This document shows positions 17,401 to 25,542 of a stretch of DNA of 64,000 bases, piece after piece. The DNA lies in contig JALONV010000002.1 in assembly GCA_025454755.1 (NCBI GenBank), forward strand, positions 10,052 to 74,051, read 5' to 3'. The stretch comes from Bacteroidales bacterium (lineage in GTDB: Bacteria > Bacteroidota > Bacteroidia > Bacteroidales > VadinHA17). Under the pieces are notes generated by a model, which did no database searches, was not told the origin of the DNA, and was given only the letters and a program-made list of their open reading frames with translations. Numbering within the stretch: the first letter of the stretch is position 1; each line of letters begins with the position of its first letter. The translations under genes were made by a program, and so were the position numbers.

Positions 17401-20400
17401 ATGAAAAAATTACTCCTTTTTATTTTATACTTTTTTCAGCTGGCATCTTTTACAGGACATTCGCAGGTTTTCTTCACAGATGAAGATTTGCTTGTAAACG
17501 GTTTTGCTCAAAAAATCTCGGGCCAGGATTTCAATTATCACTCCTTTATCCCGGGCCTAAGGGAGAGCATATTGACAAGGGCAACCGGAGGAAAAGATTT
17601 TCTTGAATGGTCAACTGAGGTTGCTGAAAAGCAGGCAGGGAAAAAATATGCCGCATTTGTCTGGATTTCTGCAATCGGATCCAGTCCGGGATTTGCAGGA
17701 ATGGACCTTGAGACAGACGCCGGACAAAAATTCACCTTCCATACCGATGGAAATGGCAGATGGACAATTTCTTCATCTGACGGATCGTCGCTCAGTTTCA
17801 CCTCCATGATGATTGACCAGCACGGAGATCATCACGGATATATGGTGCTGAGAATACCAATGAATGACGTAATTGAAGGTAAACCGCTGAGAATAAAGGT
17901 AACAGGACAAAAAGCCGGGCTAACCTCCTGGTACATGACTTACAGGAAAGCTGTAAAAACAGGTATTTCACTGAAAACTTATCCTGCAATTATCAAAAAA
18001 GAGAATCAGGAACTGCAACTGGTTGAGGCAACGATATTCTATTTCGGTAAAGAAGCGGAAGCAAGAATATATGCAGGGGAAAAGATCATTGCCCGGACAA
18101 AGCTTAATTTCGGATACAACACAGTAAGCTCAGGCCTTCCTGCAGTTGATAAACCAACAGCGGTAAGACTCAGGGTTGAGGCAGGGAAGTTTTCTGCTGC
18201 AGCTGATGTAATGCTCAATCCGGTAAGAAGGTGGAAAGTGGACCTCATTCAGCATTCACATACAGATATAGGATATACGAGGTCTCAAACAGAAATTCTT
18301 GCCGAGCACCTGAGATATATTGATTATGCCCTCGATTATTGTGATGCAACCGACAGTTATCCTGAAAATGCTAAGTTCAGATGGACCTGTGAAGCATCCT
18401 GGCCGGTTGATGAATACCTGAAGACCCGGCCGGCAGGACAGGTTAACCGGCTGTTGAAAAGGATACGTGAAGGAAGGATAGAGGTTACCGGCATGTATTT
18501 CAACTTTGATGAGCTTCCTGACGAACAGATACTTGCGGCATCGCTGGCAGCCGCGGGAAGGATCAGGGATAAGGGAATTTCTGTCGATGTGGCAATGCAG
18601 AATGACGTGAACGGCATCGGATGGTGTATGAACGACTACTTCAATCAGATGGGTATTAAGTATCTCAATATGGGAACTCATGGTCACCGTGCCCTGATAT
18701 GCTTCGACAAGCCTACGATGTTCTGGTGGGAATCGCCTTCAGGCAAAAGGCTCTTAACATTCAGAGCGGAACACTACATGACCGGGAATACGGTATTCGA
18801 AATGCAGACAGGCGACCTTGAGCGGTTCAGGAACAACGTGCTGGAATACCTTAAAACACTTGAAGCAAAGAATTACCAGTTTGACGAAATAGCAATACAG
18901 CATTCCGGATACCATACCGATAATTCACCTCCTTCGACAATCGCCTGTGAACTGATAAAAAAATGGAATGAGCTTTATGAATGGCCGAAATTATCCATTT
19001 CTACAACTGCATCCTTTTTCGCAAAGATGGAAAAAGATCATGGCCGGGAATTTCCTGTTATCAGAGGCGCCTGGCCCGACTGGTGGACTGATGGATTCGG
19101 AGCCTCTGCAAGGGAGACAGCAACAACCAGGAAAGCTGCTGCATCGCTTATTGCAAACACAGGCGGGCTCTCAATGGCTAAACTGCAAAACATCAGTCTT
19201 CCTGATGCAACGATGAAAAAAACAGATCTTGTTAACGAGGCGCTTTTATTCTATACTGAACATACGACAGGATATTCTGAAAGTGTCAGGGAGCCCTATG
19301 GCCTCCAGACAATGGAACAAAGAGCGCTCAAAGAATCGTATGCCTGGGAGGCAAACAGGAGGGCAGCTGCACTTGGTGAAGATGTCCTTGGACTTCTGCA
19401 GGATAAATTCGCAAGGGAACCAGATCCTTCTCTTTTGGTTTTCAACACTCTGAACTGGACCAGGTCGGGGCCCGTGACCGTTTACATCGACCATCAGATA
19501 GTACCGAAGGGAAAAAAACCTTTTGTTTACGATTCCGGAGGAAATCTTTGTCCTGCACAGGCTCTTTCAAGCAGGTCCGACGGCACATACTGGATGATCT
19601 GGGTCGGGGATATTCCGCCCTTCGGATACAAAAAATTCCTGATCCGCCCTGATAATGAAGAAAAAACAACCGGGAGCCACATTGCGGAGACGGTTTTTGA
19701 AAACAAATGGTACAGGATATTGGTTGATCCATTAAAGGGAGTAATAAAGTCGTTGTATGACAAGGATTTATCAATTGAACTTATTGATAATGATTCGCAG
19801 TACGGAATGGCTGAATTCATCCTGGAAAAGCTCGGCAACCGCAGCCAGATGGAGAGCAAAAAGCTGGATGATTTCACCCGTCAGCAGCTCGATACAATAT
19901 GGTTTGATTCCGTAATCCGGGGACCGGTTTTTACAACCATCAGGTTTTTCGGAGAAACGGAAACTGCCATTTATCCAAAAGGATACTCGCTGGATATCAG
20001 GCTTTTCAACACAGATAAAAGGATTGAGTTCCAATGTTCACTTGTGAAAAAAAGCATAGTTACCCCGGAAGGCATTTATATTGCATTCCCTTTCCATCTT
20101 AAGGATGCCAGGCACTTCACCGAAGTTCAGGGAGGAGTAATTGAAACAGGCAAAGACCAGATCCCGGGATCTTCAAATGACTGGTACACCGTGCAGGGTT
20201 TTACATCACTGAAAAATCTATCAACACAGATCGTATTCGGGTGCACGGAAATGCCTCTGATGCAATTTGGGGCCATAAATACGGGACGATATAAGGCAGG
20301 TGCCATGCCGCAGGGAACGCATATCTTTTCATGGCCAATGAATAATTACTGGGTCACAAACTTCAATGCTGACCAGCGGGGCGGACATACATGGACATAC

Positions 20401-20769
20401 TATCTGACCTCATCGGAGGATATCTCAAACGTCTTTGCAACAAGATTCGGATGGGGCTCACGCATCCCGTTTCTGACCAGGGTCCTTCCGGGAGGAGGTC
20501 CGGGTGATGACAATAAGTCTGCGTCTCTGATCTCCGGCTGGGATGAAAATCTCATCCTGGTAAGCGCCAGACCGGTTGAAAATGAAAAGTATTTATTCAT
20601 TCATCTGAGGGAAATAAATGGCAAAAAAGTCACTCCCTTGCTGACCTCAATCAACGGGAAGCCTTTTAAGATTACAGCCTCTGATCCTGCAGGAAAACCT
20701 TATGAAGACCAGGATATTACAATCAATCCACTGGAATCAAGGTTCTTTTTGCTTGAAATTGTCCCATGA
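17401..20769 (+). CDS. glycoside hydrolase family 38 (alpha-mannosidase-like), secreted
   Basis: 1122 aa with a signal peptide ('LASFTGHSQ'). The GH38 N-terminal motif is 'DLIQHSHTDIGYT'. Its size is typical of GH38 with central and C-terminal domains. Confidence 0.75.
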   Translation: MKKLLLFILYFFQLASFTGHSQVFFTDEDLLVNGFAQKISGQDFNYHSFIPGLRESILTRATGGKDFLEWSTEVAEKQAGKKYAAFVWISAIGSSPGFAGMDLETDAGQKFTFHTDGNGRWTISSSDGSSLSFTSMMIDQHGDHHGYMVLRIPMNDVIEGKPLRIKVTGQKAGLTSWYMTYRKAVKTGISLKTYPAIIKKENQELQLVEATIFYFGKEAEARIYAGEKIIARTKLNFGYNTVSSGLPAVDKPTAVRLRVEAGKFSAAADVMLNPVRRWKVDLIQHSHTDIGYTRSQTEILAEHLRYIDYALDYCDATDSYPENAKFRWTCEASWPVDEYLKTRPAGQVNRLLKRIREGRIEVTGMYFNFDELPDEQILAASLAAAGRIRDKGISVDVAMQNDVNGIGWCMNDYFNQMGIKYLNMGTHGHRALICFDKPTMFWWESPSGKRLLTFRAEHYMTGNTVFEMQTGDLERFRNNVLEYLKTLEAKNYQFDEIAIQHSGYHTDNSPPSTIACELIKKWNELYEWPKLSISTTASFFAKMEKDHGREFPVIRGAWPDWWTDGFGASARETATTRKAAASLIANTGGLSMAKLQNISLPDATMKKTDLVNEALLFYTEHTTGYSESVREPYGLQTMEQRALKESYAWEANRRAAALGEDVLGLLQDKFAREPDPSLLVFNTLNWTRSGPVTVYIDHQIVPKGKKPFVYDSGGNLCPAQALSSRSDGTYWMIWVGDIPPFGYKKFLIRPDNEEKTTGSHIAETVFENKWYRILVDPLKGVIKSLYDKDLSIELIDNDSQYGMAEFILEKLGNRSQMESKKLDDFTRQQLDTIWFDSVIRGPVFTTIRFFGETETAIYPKGYSLDIRLFNTDKRIEFQCSLVKKSIVTPEGIYIAFPFHLKDARHFTEVQGGVIETGKDQIPGSSNDWYTVQGFTSLKNLSTQIVFGCTEMPLMQFGAINTGRYKAGAMPQGTHIFSWPMNNYWVTNFNADQRGGHTWTYYLTSSEDISNVFATRFGWGSRIPFLTRVLPGGGPGDDNKSASLISGWDENLILVSARPVENEKYLFIHLREINGKKVTPLLTSINGKPFKITASDPAGKPYEDQDITINPLESRFFLLEIVP

Positions 20770-20819
20770 CCGCGTTCTGAGATATTTTGTAAATTGGAGC
20801 CCTGTTAACTTGCTTATTT

Positions 20820-21227
20820 ATGACTGTACCGGAATATGCTCACTGCCTGGAATTTATGGTGCGCGATTATGAGTGCGATATCCAGGGTGTGGTAAACAAT
20901 GCCAATTACCAGCACTACCTTGAACATGCCCGTCATGAATTCCTTCTTTTAAAAGGTTTAAGCTTTTCAAAACTTCATGAAGAAGGAATTGACCTTATTG
21001 TTACAAGAGTTGAGATCGATTATAAATATCCCCTGCGTAGTCATGATAAATTTGTTGTAAAGACTAATCTTCAGAGGGAAGGAAATGTAAGGCTGGTCTT
21101 TTTACAGGATATATATCGGATTCCGGACGAAAAGCTTATAATCAAAGCCCGGGTTGAAGGTGTGGCAACAAAAAAGGGGAAACCCTCCCACCCCGGGGAT
21201 ATACTTATGAAACTTGGCCTTGATTAA
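20820..21227 (+). CDS. acyl-CoA thioesterase, hotdog fold (YbgC/4HBT-like)
   Basis: 135 aa with 'RDYECDIQGVVNNANYQHYLEHARHEFL'. Confidence 0.8.
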   Translation: MTVPEYAHCLEFMVRDYECDIQGVVNNANYQHYLEHARHEFLLLKGLSFSKLHEEGIDLIVTRVEIDYKYPLRSHDKFVVKTNLQREGNVRLVFLQDIYRIPDEKLIIKARVEGVATKKGKPSHPGDILMKLGLD

Positions 21228-21270
21228 ACGTCAGAAATAAATCCGATTGTTTAACTAATACTTACAGAAA

Positions 21271-22191
21271 ATGGCAAAAAGAACTCTTACCAGAAGAGAG
21301 TTTATCGGCACTGTTGTTGCCGGTGCCGGATTCATTTTTGCAGGGCAGGCTGCATTTGCACATCCTTCTTTAAACTTAAGGAAAACAGGAGCCCCTTTCA
21401 AGATAATAACCCTTGGTAAATCCGGAATTAAAACAACACTTCTGGGAATGGGCACCGGTTTCAACGGTGGAAACCGAACATCTGCAATCACACGGACAGG
21501 AAATGCTGAATCGATAATCCGGTATGCCTTTGATAAAGGGATTAAATTTTTTGATTGTGCTGACACATACGGAACACATCCCTATGCGATGAAGGCACTG
21601 AAAGATATACCCAGGGAAAAATATACATTCTGCTCAAAGATATGGATGACCCGTGGGGGAATTCCAGAGCCTGAAAGACCTGATGCAGATATCGTTGTGG
21701 ACAGGTTCCGCAAAGAGCTGAATACCGATTACCTGGATATTGTACAGATTCATTGTATGACTGGTGCAACCTGGACAGACGAACACAAGAAACAGATGGA
21801 TATCCTTGAAAATCTCAAGTCAAAAGGGATCATTCGCGCTCATGGTGTTTCGGTTCATTCACTGCCAGCCCTTCAAACTGCAGCAGAGAGTCCCTGGGTG
21901 GACGTGATACATGTTCGGATCAATCCGTTCGGCGCTTCAATGGATTCAAAAAATCCCGATGATGTTGTCCCGGTGATAAAGAAGCTTCACGATTCCGGAA
22001 AGGGCGTTATCGGAATGAAACTTCTCGGCAACGGCAGTTTCAGCAACGACACTGAAAAAGTTGATCAATCAATCAGGTATGTTCTTGCCCTGGGAACTGT
22101 TGATATGGTAATTGTCGGTTTCGAAAAATCCGAACAGATTGATGATTATGTAACCAGAATTGAAAATGCTTCAATGCCTGCCGGCAAATAA
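21271..22191 (+). CDS. aldo/keto reductase with twin-arginine (Tat) signal peptide
   Basis: 306 aa. The N-terminus 'TLTRREFIGTVVAGAGFIFAGQAAFA' fits the S/T-R-R-x-F-L consensus. The AKR core includes 'GIKFFDCADTYG'. Confidence 0.8.
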   Translation: MAKRTLTRREFIGTVVAGAGFIFAGQAAFAHPSLNLRKTGAPFKIITLGKSGIKTTLLGMGTGFNGGNRTSAITRTGNAESIIRYAFDKGIKFFDCADTYGTHPYAMKALKDIPREKYTFCSKIWMTRGGIPEPERPDADIVVDRFRKELNTDYLDIVQIHCMTGATWTDEHKKQMDILENLKSKGIIRAHGVSVHSLPALQTAAESPWVDVIHVRINPFGASMDSKNPDDVVPVIKKLHDSGKGVIGMKLLGNGSFSNDTEKVDQSIRYVLALGTVDMVIVGFEKSEQIDDYVTRIENASMPAGK

Positions 22192-22212
22192 TAGAATTAA
22201 ACTGATAAGGAA

Positions 22213-23118
22213 ATGCTGAATAAGATCTCATTGCTTTGTGTTATTTCTGTGTGCCTTTCCTGGCCGGGAAACTGCCAGGAGGAGGGTCTTTCAAATATTA
22301 TTAAGCCAGGAGCACAGCTTGAGAAGCTTGCAGGGGGATTTCTTTTCACTGAAGGGCCGACTGCAGATGAAAAGGGAAATGTTTATTTCACCGATCAGCC
22401 AAATGACCGCATCATGTTGTGGAATGATGATTCTCATCTTTCCATATTTATGGAGCCCTCCGGGCGATCCAACGGACTGGCGCTTGATCCGTACGGGAAT
22501 ATTTGGTCGTGTGCTGATGAGAACAATGAGATCTGGTGTATATCACCTGATGGAAAAGTAAAAAAAATCATAGGGAGTTTTGAAGATAAGCCTTTTAACG
22601 GCCCGAATGATCTTTGGATTGATCCTAAAGGAGGTGTCTATTTTACAGATCCTTTTTATCGCCGCACATGGTGGAGACACAGCGAAATGCCTCAGGAAAA
22701 AATGAGGGTATATTATCTTTCCCCGGATTTAAAAACCTTATTTATCGTTGCAGAAGATCTTCTGCAGCCAAACGGAATAGTTGGAACCCCTGATGGGAAA
22801 AAATTGTTTGTCGCCGATATCAGGGGCAATAAAACCTGGTCATTTACTATTAATCCCGATGGAATTTTATCTGATAAAACTCTTTTTTGTGAACTTGGTT
22901 CTGATGGTATGACCATTGATACAGAAGGCAACATTTATCTTACTGGAAAAGGCGTCACTGTCTTTGATAAAACGGGGAGGCTCCTCGGCAATATTCCTGT
23001 CCCGGAAAGCTGGACAGCAAATGTTTGTTTCGGTGGGAAAAACAGAAAAACACTCTTTATAACGGCAAGCAAAGGATTCTATAGGATCAGGATGAAAGTA
23101 CGGGGAACTGCCGGGTAA
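22213..23118 (+). CDS. SMP-30/gluconolactonase/LRE-family protein with Sec signal peptide
   Basis: 301 aa with 'LFTEGPTADEKGNVYFTDQPN', 'PNDLWIDPKGGVYFTD', 'LLQPNGI' and 'SDGMTIDTEGNIY'. The N-terminus is hydrophobic. Confidence 0.8.
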   Translation: MLNKISLLCVISVCLSWPGNCQEEGLSNIIKPGAQLEKLAGGFLFTEGPTADEKGNVYFTDQPNDRIMLWNDDSHLSIFMEPSGRSNGLALDPYGNIWSCADENNEIWCISPDGKVKKIIGSFEDKPFNGPNDLWIDPKGGVYFTDPFYRRTWWRHSEMPQEKMRVYYLSPDLKTLFIVAEDLLQPNGIVGTPDGKKLFVADIRGNKTWSFTINPDGILSDKTLFCELGSDGMTIDTEGNIYLTGKGVTVFDKTGRLLGNIPVPESWTANVCFGGKNRKTLFITASKGFYRIRMKVRGTAG

Positions 23119-23147
23119 CCTTTTTTAAATTGGTGGCAGGGTATTAA

Positions 23148-23272
23148 GATTGCTTCGTCGCTTCGCTCCTCGCAATGACGGTTGATTATTATGACTCGTT
23201 AAACTGTAACAAGGCTAAGTTTAGTAACTGTCATTGCGAGGAGACACGCGCCAGTGTGGCGCCGAAGCAATC
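23148..23272. repeat. inverted-repeat (MITE/REP-like) element, GATTGCTTCG...CTCGCAATGAC type, copy A
   Basis: The left arm is GATTGCTTCGTCGCTTCGCTCCTCGCAATGAC (23148-23179). The right arm is GTCATTGCGAGGAG[ACACGCGCCAGTGTGGCGC]CGAAGCAATC (23230-23272). The central loop is about 50 nt and AT-rich. Confidence 0.85.
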
Positions 23273-23305
23273 CTTCTAAATAACCACTACCCCGATTAAA
23301 GGACC

Positions 23306-23367
23306 TGTCAATCCCGAGCGCTTTGAGGGCCGTAGCTTAAGCGAAGGTGATCAGCGAGGGATCTCAC
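23306..23367. repeat. second GC-rich hairpin type (ATCCCGAGCG ... CGAGGGAT)
   Basis: TGTCAATCCCGAGCG (23306-23320) faces CAGCGAGGGATCTCACA (23351-23367). ATCCC pairs with GGGAT, with an internal bulge. There is one copy only in this window. Confidence 0.5.
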
Positions 23368-23448
23368 AATAGAAAATTTCCGAGTTATTAACTTCCATGT
23401 ATTAGGAAAGGAAATTTTCTTATACTTGTATCCTTATTTCAATTTACG

Positions 23449-23640
23449 ATGGACGGAAGACGAAGGGCAGATATTAAACCGGGAATTGCAGTACTGGTTG
23501 AACTGGCGGAAGACAAAAGGACGGGAAGGCTTACCGGGGGAAAGGTAAAGGAAATTCTGACATCATCACCACACCATCCTCATGGGATAAAGGTTTTACT
23601 CGAAAATGGGCTGGTTGGCCGGATAAAGCAAATTATCTGA
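23449..23640 (+). CDS. YwbE-family small protein (DUF2196)
   Basis: 63 aa. 'RADIKPGIAVLVELAEDKRTGRLTGGKVKEILTSSPHHPHGIKVLLENGLVGR' matches the YwbE family as I remember it. Confidence 0.75.
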   Translation: MDGRRRADIKPGIAVLVELAEDKRTGRLTGGKVKEILTSSPHHPHGIKVLLENGLVGRIKQII

Positions 23641-23684
23641 CAGCTATCCCTGGTCTATATTAGTCAATCATTCAAAAAATTAAC

Positions 23685-23692
23685 TAAATTTG
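23685..23692 (+). promoter_or_regulatory. candidate -7 promoter box TAAATTTG
   Basis: It is an exact TAnnTTTG match, 62 nt upstream of ATG 23754. The leader contains the hairpin CATGAAA..TTTCATG. Confidence 0.45.
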
Positions 23693-23753
23693 CACCCTCA
23701 TGAAATCATGATGGTTTTCATGTCCTGTTTTTATTAATTCAATTGATTTAAAG

Positions 23754-25079
23754 ATGAAATATGAGGATTTTTTGGTTTCATCCCTTGGAAGGGGAAATGT
23801 TGTTTCACCGTTGAAACAAAGCCAGAGGGAAGATAGTCCTGTTTATAAATTCGTCGAAGATAACGACAGGATCATTTATGACAACTCCCTTGAATATTAC
23901 ACTAAATGCATGCAAACAGGAGAGGCACCCGTATCGTTTGAAAAAGCAGGTCCAAAAGAGATGATCTTTTTTGAACCGGCAAAAACAAAGGTTGGAATTG
24001 TAACCTGCGGTGGTATCTGTCCTGGACTTAACAATGTCATTCGCAGCATCGTAAATCAGCTTTTCTATCGTTATGGCATAAGCAGGGTTCTCGGATTTAA
24101 ATACGGATATGAAGGATTCATTTCTGATTTCAATCACGAGGTAATTGAGTTTACGCCAGAAATGGTCAGTGATATTCACATTGCCGGAGGAACAATCCTG
24201 GGAACTTCCCGTGGAAACCAGGATGTCGGGAAAATAGTTGACACAATGGAGATCATGAATATAAATGTCCTTTTCTGCATAGGCGGAGATGGCACTCTGC
24301 GGGGGGCACATGCAATTCATCAGGAGATCCAGAAGAGAAAACTTAAGATTGCCATAGCCGGTATTCCCAAGACAATAGACAACGATATTGACTTGATCCA
24401 GAAGTCATTTGGATTTGAGACTGCATTTTCGATAGCCAATGATATTATCAGGAACGCACATAATGAAGCCCAGGGCGCATATAACGGAATAGCAATGGTA
24501 AAACTTATGGGCCGTGATTCGGGATTCATTGCTGCAAGCGCTTCGCTGGCAACCCAGGAAGTGAATTTCGTGCTTGTCCCGGAGATAAGTTTCGATCTTT
24601 ACGGACCCAGAGGGTTTCTCAAAGTTCTTCGTAAGCGTCTTGAAACCAAGCATCATGCGGTGGTAGTCGTTGCAGAAGGTGCCGGACAGGAGCTGATCGC
24701 TTCAAAAGACACGGAAAAAGATGCTTCAGGAAACGTGAAACATAAGGATATAGGGATCTATCTCAAGGAAAAAATAAAAGAAGAATTCGATACTAAGGAT
24801 TTTCCCTATTCAATTAAATATATTGATCCAAGCTATATAATCAGGAGCGCTCCCGCCAATCCAAATGACAGTAAGTTCTGTAACCTTCTTGCACAGAATG
24901 CTGTGCATGCAGCACTTTCGGGAAGAACCGATTTCGTAATCGGATACTGGAATAATGAGTTCACCCTGCTGCCCATACCGATGGCGGTGGCTAAACGCAA
25001 GAAAATTGATGTTGAGGGTGAATTATGGTGGAACGTTCTCGAAGCTACCGGCCAGCCGATCAGCATGAAAAATCCCTGA
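23754..25079 (+). CDS. pfkA: 6-phosphofructokinase (long, plant/PFP-related clade; ATP-type by GGDG motif)
   Basis: 441 aa with 'GIVTCGGICPGLNNVIR', 'IGGDGTLRGA', 'PKTIDNDI' and 'MGRDSG'. The GGDG motif (rather than GGDD) suggests ATP dependence. Confidence 0.8.
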   Translation: MKYEDFLVSSLGRGNVVSPLKQSQREDSPVYKFVEDNDRIIYDNSLEYYTKCMQTGEAPVSFEKAGPKEMIFFEPAKTKVGIVTCGGICPGLNNVIRSIVNQLFYRYGISRVLGFKYGYEGFISDFNHEVIEFTPEMVSDIHIAGGTILGTSRGNQDVGKIVDTMEIMNINVLFCIGGDGTLRGAHAIHQEIQKRKLKIAIAGIPKTIDNDIDLIQKSFGFETAFSIANDIIRNAHNEAQGAYNGIAMVKLMGRDSGFIAASASLATQEVNFVLVPEISFDLYGPRGFLKVLRKRLETKHHAVVVVAEGAGQELIASKDTEKDASGNVKHKDIGIYLKEKIKEEFDTKDFPYSIKYIDPSYIIRSAPANPNDSKFCNLLAQNAVHAALSGRTDFVIGYWNNEFTLLPIPMAVAKRKKIDVEGELWWNVLEATGQPISMKNP

Positions 25080-25522
25080 AAAGGTCAAAAACAGGCCTTT
25101 TTTTCAATCTTTGGCTAAATAATATAATTCCTTCGCGGAGTATGTAAAACTACTTCCTGTGTAAGAATAATGATGAAATTTTAGATTTACAGAGGGGCCG
25201 CGGTCTAAAGTCCTGAAATAAGATAATTTTACATTCTGATTTAGCCGCATTTTTATGAAAAAGCTGATCCCCCTGCTTATTGTAAAATTGTTTCGAGTGA
25301 TGTTCTGAGTATAGGAATGGTTCCGGTTTTTAATTTCAGAGTTGAACTCTGATTTTTCGACTATTTACATGTTTTAGTCGAAATATTCCCCTTTACGCCC
25401 TTAAAATCCACGCCTCGTTGTCAGGAATACGGGAAATTTTCAATTCTCGTGAGGTTAAAATGTTGAAATATTCCACTTACCTTGCTGATTATCTGTAATA
25501 TCTGAAGACATAATTCTCTTTT

Positions 25523-25537
25523 GTTCCACGTGGAAAC
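25523..25537. repeat. GTTCCACGTGGAA(AC) palindrome, copy 1
   Basis: TTCCACGTGGAA (25524-35) is a perfect palindrome. It lies just downstream of the uvrC stop (25543-45 on the minus strand) and is preceded by CTCTTTT. Confidence 0.75.
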
Positions 25538-25542
25538 CAGCG

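Noticed and set aside
25185-25220. 'GAGGGGCCGCGGTCTAAAGTCCTGAAA', which is reminiscent of the RNase P RNA 'GAGGAAAGUCC' or of a tmRNA 5' end.
   Set aside because: The other universally conserved RNase P blocks (for example ACAGAACCCGGCUUA-like) and a tRNA-like 3' end (GGTTCGAATCC..CCA) are absent from the spacer.
25255-25308. The 17-codon hydrophobic ORF (MKKLIPLLIVKLFRVMF), considered as a type I toxin or small membrane peptide.
   Set aside because: It is shorter than known type I toxins. No antisense RNA signature or promoter box is visible. It more likely represents the surviving signal-peptide start of a decayed gene.
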